Shown one piece after another: positions 9,183 through 15,550 of a stretch of 20,063 nt of DNA. The notes under the pieces were generated by a model. That model was not told the origin of the DNA. It worked only from the letters and a program-made list of their open reading frames with translations, and ran no database searches. The stretch is from Promethearchaeota archaeon (GTDB lineage: Archaea > Asgardarchaeota > Lokiarchaeia > Sigyniarchaeales > SOKP01), in contig JBHLNS010000053.1 in assembly GCA_048941285.1 (NCBI GenBank), positions 1-20,063 of the forward strand, read 5' to 3'. Numbering within the stretch: the first letter of the stretch is position 1; each line of letters starts with the position of its first letter. Both the position numbers and the translations under genes were made by a program.

Positions 9183-10460
9183 TTAATGAACATTTCGTGA
9201 AAGAAATATTAGAGATCCTAATGCAAAAATTCCAAAAATGGAGAGAAATACGAAATTTATGTATATATTGAACTCTGCTACAAATCCGGCAGCTATGGGA
9301 GTTAATCCAAAACCTATTCCCTTTAGAATTTCATTAATAGTTGAATACTTTTTTGTATTATGAGCAGCACCGTAATCAATCATAATTCTTAGAGAAGTTC
9401 CTTGAGTAAGTCCTATAAAAATCCCAATAGTGGCACTTACTATTGAAATAAATAATATATCTTGGATGATAATAATTGATAAAGAAATAAAAAGAATCAT
9501 TAAAATACTGGATAAGGTAGTTAATTTCCTAGAGTAAACTTTCATATAATTTATTAATGTTAAACCAGACAATTGACCAATTTGTATTGCTAATTGATTA
9601 AGATAACTATAGTATGAAGGTTGCCCAAAATCTTTAAGAAAAACAGGATAAGTAAAACGAATCAAAGCTTTTGACATTGTATATACAAATAACACTATCC
9701 AAGAAAATAAAATTGGAAATTTAATCATTGGATGATTATTATTCTTGAGATTTGAATTTTGATTAATAGATTTATTTTGATGTTTTTCAAATGTGATATT
9801 ATTAATGCTTACATCGAGATTTTCATTCATTTGTTCTACTTTGGAATCTTTTCTGAGGAAAACACAAAAAGGTAATAATAGAAAAGAAAGAAGCCATGAA
9901 ATTATCATGGTGCCGTATTCATTTAAAGAAAAAGCCCATAAATATCCTGAAAGCAAACCAAGTATAAATCCGAGATTCCAAGAGTAATTAAAATTTTTAA
10001 AATTAGATTTTGCTTTTTCAGGACTACTGACAATTTGCCATTGACTTAAGAGATTATAACAATTAGGCCAATACACCCCTAATAATAATCCGCTTAGAAC
10101 GCGGATAAAGATTAAATACCAAGGATCAAAATATACCATCTGAGCAAATATTAACATTGGTGTTATAGAAGTAGATAATATTATTGAATTCTTTACTCCT
10201 AATTTTGATGTAATTAAGTATCCTAAAATTGGACCAATAATATACGCAACTGATGTTGCTGATGATATAAATCCTAATGTACTCTTACTTATATCTCTAT
10301 AAAAAAAGATATAATTAAGAAAAGCTCGTTCAAAAATTGATATAGAAAATAAACGTAAAAAGGAGATAACAAATATTGGCCAAGCACGATATACTATTTG
10401 AGTAAGACACTTTTTATCATCTTTATACTGAAGCGGGCTTACATCCCCAGAGATTGCCAA
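9183..10460 (-). CDS. MFS transporter
   Basis: About 12 hydrophobic segments with a long central polar loop, 'SKLGVK' motif-A-like, 'RVLSGLLLG', 'TPIAAGFVAE'. TTG start 5 nt after AGGTAA. Confidence 0.8.
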   Translation of the reverse strand: MAISGDVSPLQYKDDKKCLTQIVYRAWPIFVISFLRLFSISIFERAFLNYIFFYRDISKSTLGFISSATSVAYIIGPILGYLITSKLGVKNSIILSTSITPMLIFAQMVYFDPWYLIFIRVLSGLLLGVYWPNCYNLLSQWQIVSSPEKAKSNFKNFNYSWNLGFILGLLSGYLWAFSLNEYGTMIISWLLSFLLLPFCVFLRKDSKVEQMNENLDVSINNITFEKHQNKSINQNSNLKNNNHPMIKFPILFSWIVLFVYTMSKALIRFTYPVFLKDFGQPSYYSYLNQLAIQIGQLSGLTLINYMKVYSRKLTTLSSILMILFISLSIIIIQDILFISIVSATIGIFIGLTQGTSLRIMIDYGAAHNTKKYSTINEILKGIGFGLTPIAAGFVAEFNIYINFVFLSIFGIFALGSLIFLSRNVH

Positions 10461-10817
10461 AAATCTTACCTAAAATCTATATTATGAAATAAAAATTTGG
10501 ATAAATCAAATACTTTTTTGAAAATTTAGAATGTAAACTATTTCAATTGGCACTCATTTCAGTAGATCTTAGAGAAAACTATATAAAAATAAATTTTTCG
10601 AATTGGAGAATGATAGACCAATTTTTAATTTCAAATATCAAGATTCTCATAAGAGATAGAGGCTCTATTGATTTCCTAATAAAATTAATCGGAAAATAGA
10701 AGATTATTAAGTTACAAATAGTACAAAATAGAAATATTTAAAAGTAAAATAGATAGTTATAATCAAGTATTTAATTATTATAAAAAGTTAAAAAACTTAA
10801 AGGAGACGTAAAGTAAA

Positions 10818-10931
10818 ATGGCAAAAAAGAAGGCTCCAAAGAAGAAAGCTCCCGCTAAAAAAGCAGGTCCTAAGAAAAAAGCTCCTGCTAAAAAAGCAGG
10901 ACCTAAGAAAAAAGCTCCTGCCAAAAAATAA
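10818..10931 (+). CDS. Unannotated 37-aa lysine/alanine/proline-rich basic peptide, histone H1 C-terminal-tail-like (MAKKKAPKKKAPAKKAGPKKKAPAKKAGPKKKAPAKK)
   Basis: ATG at 10818 and TAA at 10929-10931. Composition is 18 K, 10 A, 6 P, 2 G, 1 M. AGGAG lies at 10801-10805 and a T-tract follows. The 33-nt repeat copies differ only at synonymous third positions. Confidence 0.85.
   Translation: MAKKKAPKKKAPAKKAGPKKKAPAKKAGPKKKAPAKK
10836..10928 (+). repeat. 33-bp tandem repeat, about 2.8 copies, encoding PKKKAPAKKAG
   Basis: Copies at 10836-10868, 10869-10901 and 10902-10928 (partial). Differences are cca/cct, aag/aaa, ccc/cct, ggt/gga and gct/gcc. Confidence 0.9.
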
Positions 10932-10954
10932 AGATATTTATATCAAATCTTAAA

Positions 10955-10970
10955 TTTTTTTTTATTTTTT
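10955..10970 (+). terminator. Archaeal-type oligo-T terminator candidate for the H1-like peptide gene
   Basis: T9-A-T6 run starting 24 nt after the stop codon. Confidence 0.5.
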
Positions 10971-11384
10971 ACCTAATCAATACATTAGAGATTGAAACTT
11001 AGAAAAAGTATGAATAAAAGAAACTTTATTACCATTTGCTAATATCTGTAAGAGTTATGCCTTCTTTTGACGTTTCTTGTTTTTATTCTGGAAGTTTCTC
11101 TAATCTAACTGTTTTAATCCTTTGATAATACGGCATTACGATAGAATATCTATATCGATGGTAGTTTGTTAATAGACACTCCAAAATCTCACTACATAAT
11201 AATAAACTCTGAAATTATTTCACGTTATCACACTTTAATATATTAACTCATGGTTCCTCTATATGAAAACATGTTGAGCATTCATACTTAGTTAACCATT
11301 TCAAAACTTTCCTTAAATCTTCGAAATTAGGATTAATAGAATGAAAATAAAATATTTCCTATTAAAATTGTAAAGGTGGTAATT

Positions 11385-11591
11385 ATATTTATAAAAGAAA
11401 TTTCTGAAAAGCTGAAGGATATAAGAATCAATGTTTATGTGAGAGATATAATACAAAGGAGTTGGTTTTCAGGGATCTTAGAGGAAATATCTAATAATAA
11501 TATAAAATTACGAGAAAAAACATATTACTCTGATTGTCGTTATTACATTCCTCTCGCAGAAATAGTTGTTGTTTCAGAAAGTGATTTTTAA
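11385..11591 (+). CDS. Small hypothetical protein, possibly an Sm/LSm/Hfq-like beta-barrel; start probably ATA at 11385 (track: GTG at 11376)
   Basis: Helix followed by five strands: 'ISEKLKDIRINVYV...WFSGILEEISNNNIKL...YYIPLAEIVVV', similar in layout to Sm1/Sm2 motifs. The tracked GTG is part of the AGGTGG RBS itself. Confidence 0.55.
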   Translation: MFIKEISEKLKDIRINVYVRDIIQRSWFSGILEEISNNNIKLREKTYYSDCRYYIPLAEIVVVSESDF

Positions 11592-11623
11592 TATCTATTA
11601 TATAAAAAAATTTGAAAAAATAT

Positions 11624-12514
11624 TTATATCCATTTTACTTTAATAGGTTTTCGAGCTGGAATTCGATAATAATAAGCTTTTGGATATCCTATCGCTATAG
11701 TGTATCCAACAAAATGCTTTAATGATAGTTTCACAATTTTCGCGACTGGTTTGAATTCATTAAAAAAACTAGTAATATAACCTAAAGAACAAGTTCCTAG
11801 ACCCAATGTTTCAGCAGCTAACATTATATGACAAGCTGCTAAAGCACAATTCTCCATTCCTGACAAAGAATTTTTTGGTGAATGAATAATAATAATTTCA
11901 GCATCCCTACGCCAGACTTCTTTACCTTTTTCTATATTTTTTAGAGCATTTTTAAATGATGGTAGAACTTCTTCAACTTTTTTTACTAAAGCTGGAGGAA
12001 ACGCTGCTATTAAGGCATTTCTTCCATCAGGATCTTCAAATGTCTTTATTAGATTTTTAACTTGATTTGTACATTCTTCAGATAATTTATTAAGGACTTC
12101 TCGATCTTGAACAACAGTAAAATGTACATTTTCTTGATTGTGTCCAGTAGGAGAATACTTAACCGCTTGATTGAGAATTTTTTCAATCAATTCTTTAGGA
12201 ACTGGTTTTTTTTCAAATTGTCTACGAGATCGTCTTGTTTCGAAAAGTTTAGTGAGAGAATTAAATGACGGTAATTCATCTTTTGAGGGAACATCCTTTA
12301 ATATTTCTTCTTTATGAACTTTAAGCGTTATAATGTTTTCTGGGCATACAGCAACGCATTTCCCACACTCAATACAATCATCTTCCATTGCATCAGCAAA
12401 TTCCATGGTGCCTGAATCAAAAATGAAAAAACTACACTCCTCAGCACAAGCTTCACATTTAGTACAATAATCAATATCTACAATTATTTTAGAGTTCTCT
12501 AACATACCAAACAT
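11624..12514 (-). CDS. Nitroreductase-family protein with N-terminal 4Fe-4S ferredoxin domain
   Basis: CTKCEACAEEC and CIECGKCVAVCP, 'RRSRRQF', 'SPTGHNQE', 'IMLAAETLGLGTC', 'IAIGYP'. Confidence 0.92.
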   Translation of the reverse strand: MFGMLENSKIIVDIDYCTKCEACAEECSFFIFDSGTMEFADAMEDDCIECGKCVAVCPENIITLKVHKEEILKDVPSKDELPSFNSLTKLFETRRSRRQFEKKPVPKELIEKILNQAVKYSPTGHNQENVHFTVVQDREVLNKLSEECTNQVKNLIKTFEDPDGRNALIAAFPPALVKKVEEVLPSFKNALKNIEKGKEVWRRDAEIIIIHSPKNSLSGMENCALAACHIMLAAETLGLGTCSLGYITSFFNEFKPVAKIVKLSLKHFVGYTIAIGYPKAYYYRIPARKPIKVKWI

Positions 12515-12684
12515 TCATTTATATTATAATTTTTTAATAAGAATAGAAATAATCCATAATCTTATAATATTTTTATATCTTATTTCAGAAGTGACTTTAA
12601 TTAATTATTATCTGAAAGTTAATAATGTGTACACGTTTATTTATTTAAAAGAAAACTTATTAAAATTAGCGATTTTAGATAGCT

Positions 12685-13068
12685 ATGATTAAATCAGTAT
12701 TAATATGTGATTCTCAAGGGTATCCATTTTATTCCAAGAAATTAAACAGTGATTTGGGTGAAATAGATCCAACTATTTTTAGTGGCTTATTATCAGCTAT
12801 AGGAGTAATAGGAAAACAATTATTCAAGGAAGATCTTGCTACTATTTCTTATGGGGAAAAATATGAAATCGTTATTATTACTAAGGAATTATTCGGTGAT
12901 AGGAAGTCGATTTATTTTGTTTTTATAATTGAGGGAGAAAAGGATCTTAAATTGATGAGACAATTGAGTACTAACATTTTCATCGAAACTAAGCATGTTT
13001 TAAAAGATCCTTCTGCTGCTAAATTAGACATAAAAGAAAAAGTAGATAAATTATTATTAAATCTATAA
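12685..13068 (+). CDS. Standalone longin-like domain protein (Asgard eukaryotic-signature type)
   Basis: 127 aa with a beta-beta-alpha-beta-beta-beta-alpha-alpha layout: 'IKSVLICDSQGYPFYSKK', 'DPTIFSGLLSAI', 'ATISYG', 'IYFVFI', then two C-terminal helices. Confidence 0.7.
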   Translation: MIKSVLICDSQGYPFYSKKLNSDLGEIDPTIFSGLLSAIGVIGKQLFKEDLATISYGEKYEIVIITKELFGDRKSIYFVFIIEGEKDLKLMRQLSTNIFIETKHVLKDPSAAKLDIKEKVDKLLLNL

Positions 13069-13233
13069 ATGAAGTATCAGTTTTTCCCTGAATATTAATA
13101 CTTTAGTATCATCAAAAAGAATTTATAAATTAAATTTATATAAAAATTGTGAATTCTTTTTCAAAATCTTAATTGTATTCAAATAAGTAAGAAAGCTATA
13201 GCTCAATTCATAGTTCTTACATATATTCAACCA

Positions 13234-13395
13234 ATGAAAGACTCAAAAAAGGATTTTCAACCTTATGAATTTGAAAAAATGATAAATCAGCATCTTCATG
13301 AAGGTTGGAAAGTTATTAACTGTGATGGTATTTATCTGGGTGGCGTTAGTCCCATAAATGGTATGCATTATTGGACATATTTAGTGAAGGATTAA
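13234..13395 (+). CDS. Unannotated small protein, DUF4177-like (53 aa from the ATG; frame open upstream)
   Basis: MKDSKKDFQPYEFEKMINQHLHEGWKVINCDGIYLGGVSPINGMHYWTYLVKD*. The 'E..IN....EGW.V' signature and a terminal hydrophobic strand plus K are present. The in-frame upstream 'IAQFIVLTY' would supply the first strand. Confidence 0.6.
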   Translation: MKDSKKDFQPYEFEKMINQHLHEGWKVINCDGIYLGGVSPINGMHYWTYLVKD

Positions 13396-13558
13396 ATAAA
13401 GATGAAAAATCTTTTTTTTAAATTTTAGTGATCATTTTTTCTAAAACTTTTCCATATTTTTGTGGTTTTAATTTTAAAGTTTAAGATTGTATGATAATAT
13501 TTAATAACAAAAGGTTCCATTAATTTATAAATATTAAATAATCAATTTTGTTGAAATC

Positions 13559-14839
13559 ATGAATGTTATAGAACTCAAAGGACGTCCTAAATTCGAATCA
13601 GATCAATTCTTGGGTTATATTTTATGGAAGCAATCAGATGGCTTTCATTTAAGATGGACAACTAAAAAAGCAAAAACTCATAGTTTTCAAGGAAAAGTAA
13701 TCTATCAGAATAAACTACGAATTACTAGAATAGCTGCATCGCAAACTAAAATAAAAATATATGAAATTGGAGAAAAGATGATTCAATGGAGTTCACCTGA
13801 AGAGAGAAAATTAAATGGAATTGATTTCTTTACTCTTGGAAATTTTACATTAGAATTGAGAATTGATAATAAAAAAGTGAAGCCGAAAGCAATATTTTTA
13901 GGGTCTGAAATGAAAAATCCAAAGAGAAATCCCTTTAATATCATTCAAATTACTGAAGAAAAAATATCAGAAAAGGAAGTAAAAAGAAAATTAGCAGAAA
14001 AAGTAAAAGGTTCTCTAAAGGAAATTGAGCCAAAAGCAATCTACCTACATATTCTAGAACCTACATATGAGCCGAAATCTAAGCCAGAAGTAGAACCAGA
14101 ACCGGTATATGAGCCAGAGCCAGAAGTGGAACCAGAACCAGTTTATGAGCCAGAGCCAGAGCTAGAGCCAGAAGTAGAACCAGAACCAATTTATGAGTCA
14201 GAGCCAGAGCCAGAAGTAGAACCAGAACCAGTCTATGAGCCAGAGCCAGAAGTAGAACCAGAACCAGTTTATGAGCCAGAACCAGTTTATGAGCCAGAGC
14301 CAGTTTATGAGCCAGAGCCAGTTTATGAGCCAGAGCCAGAAATAGAACCTGAACCAATTTATGAGCCAGAGCCAGGAATAGAACCAGAACCGGTATATGC
14401 GTCAGAGCCAGAAATAGAACCAGAACCAGTCTATGAGCTGGAACCAGTCTATGAGCCGGAACCAATCTATGAGCCAGAACCAGTTTATGAGTCAGAACCA
14501 GTTTATGAGTCAGAACCAGTTTATGAGCCAGAGCCAGAAATAGAACCAGAATCAGTCTATGAGCAAGAGCCAGAAGTAGAACCAGAATCAGTCTATGAGC
14601 CAGAGCCAGAGCTAGAGCCAGAAGTAGAACCAGAACCAATTTATGAGCCAGAACCAGTTTATGAGCCAGAGCCAGAAATAGAACCAGAACCAGTCTATGA
14701 GTCAGAACCAGAAGTAGAACCAGAACCAGTATCTGAGCCAGAATTTGGACCCACATATGAATCACTTCCAGAAGAAAAACCAGAGAAAATAAAAGAAATA
14801 GAAGAAGATAAAAAGGAATTAGATCCAAAAGAATTCTAA
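13559..14839 (+). CDS. Hypothetical protein with an N-terminal beta-rich domain and a long acidic Glu/Pro/Tyr repeat tail
   Basis: About 130-aa globular-looking N-terminus ([33 protein letters not shown]), a basic linker, then about 235 aa of [12 protein letters not shown] repeats. No signal peptide or TM segment is evident. Confidence 0.85.
   Translation: MNVIELKGRPKFESDQFLGYILWKQSDGFHLRWTTKKAKTHSFQGKVIYQNKLRITRIAASQTKIKIYEIGEKMIQWSSPEERKLNGIDFFTLGNFTLELRIDNKKVKPKAIFLGSEMKNPKRNPFNIIQITEEKISEKEVKRKLAEKVKGSLKEIEPKAIYLHILEPTYEPKSKPEVEPEPVYEPEPEVEPEPVYEPEPELEPEVEPEPIYESEPEPEVEPEPVYEPEPEVEPEPVYEPEPVYEPEPVYEPEPVYEPEPEIEPEPIYEPEPGIEPEPVYASEPEIEPEPVYELEPVYEPEPIYEPEPVYESEPVYESEPVYEPEPEIEPESVYEQEPEVEPESVYEPEPELEPEVEPEPIYEPEPVYEPEPEIEPEPVYESEPEVEPEPVSEPEFGPTYESLPEEKPEKIKEIEEDKKELDPKEF
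14057..14761 (+). repeat. Coding tandem repeat array built on GARCCA hexamers with 18-bp units (GAGCCAGAACCAGTTTAT and GAGCCAGAAGTAGAACCA)
   Basis: Directly visible, with 18-, 36- and 48-bp higher-order units and frequent synonymous variation (gtt/gtc/gta, gaa/gag, cca/ccg/cct). Confidence 0.95.
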
Positions 14840-14840
14840 G

Positions 14841-15398
14841 ATGAGTGAAGTAAAAGAAGATCAAAAAACTAGAAAAATAAAACGTATTTTAGCATTAATT
14901 TTCAGCGGGATTTATGTAGTTATAATTTTACCACTTATCGGAATTTTTGTCTCTCTATATCTTGACACCTTATTTAGTTTCCCAAGAATTATTCCATACC
15001 CTATAAATGTTTTAGTAGCAGTAATATTTTTATTAACTGGTCTCTCGTTTGCTATTTGGGCCAATTTTGAAATTTATCAAACAGGGAAAGGAAGTCCAGT
15101 CCCATTCAAAGGGACTCATACTATAGAATTAGTTATAAAGGGTCCATATAAATATTCAAGAAATCCTATGGTCTTCGGGTATATCCTTTTTTGGATAAGT
15201 TTAGGATTTTTATTTAATTCAATCTTTCTTACCCTTGGATTTACTTCATTAATCACAATTTTTTTAATAATCGTTGTGAAACTTTGGGAAGAAAAAAATA
15301 TGATAAAACGATTTGGAGAACCTTATCTTGTGTATAAGAGTAGAGTTTCTTTTTTAATTCCTTTACCACCTAAAATAGAAAGTCATGATGAGAAATAA
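14841..15398 (+). CDS. Isoprenylcysteine carboxylmethyltransferase / PEMT-family membrane methyltransferase
   Basis: 'GKGSPVP', 'LVIKGPYKYSRNPM', 'WEEKNMIKRFGEPYLVYKSRVSFLIP', about 4 TM segments. Starts 1 nt after the previous stop. Confidence 0.88.
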   Translation: MSEVKEDQKTRKIKRILALIFSGIYVVIILPLIGIFVSLYLDTLFSFPRIIPYPINVLVAVIFLLTGLSFAIWANFEIYQTGKGSPVPFKGTHTIELVIKGPYKYSRNPMVFGYILFWISLGFLFNSIFLTLGFTSLITIFLIIVVKLWEEKNMIKRFGEPYLVYKSRVSFLIPLPPKIESHDEK

Positions 15399-15550
15399 AA
15401 ATTTACAATTCTAAGGTTTTTTAAATTATTTCTTCATAAATGTCTATAAAATCATGGCTTTTACCTTGTTCAATTATACTTTTATATAATAGTTAATTAG
15501 AATTTGAAATATACTAAAAATAATAAATTTATAAAAAAAGAGTATTTAAA

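Noticed and set aside
9793-9987. 64-aa plus-strand ORF
   Set aside because: Antisense within the MFS gene.
10505-10699. Open plus-strand frame of about 64 codons (ATG at 10610 gives 29 aa)
   Set aside because: No motif and no well-spaced RBS; compatible with chance in AT-rich DNA.
10755-10790. TATA/BRE promoter calls here and in other intergenic regions
   Set aside because: Several TATA-like hexamers compete in each AT-rich spacer, so a specific box cannot be assigned without start-site data.
10836-10847. PKKK as an SV40-type nuclear localisation signal
   Set aside because: Expected by chance from the K/P-rich composition, and without meaning in a prokaryote.
14057-14761. Repeat array as a CRISPR locus
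   Set aside because: No unique spacers, the units are in-frame coding multiples of 6 bp, and there are no cas genes.
14079-14864. 261-aa minus-strand ORF (LVLAHKLVL... repeats)
   Set aside because: Antisense shadow of the GARCCA repeat array. The plus-strand frame has a globular N-terminal domain, synonymous variation and operon context.
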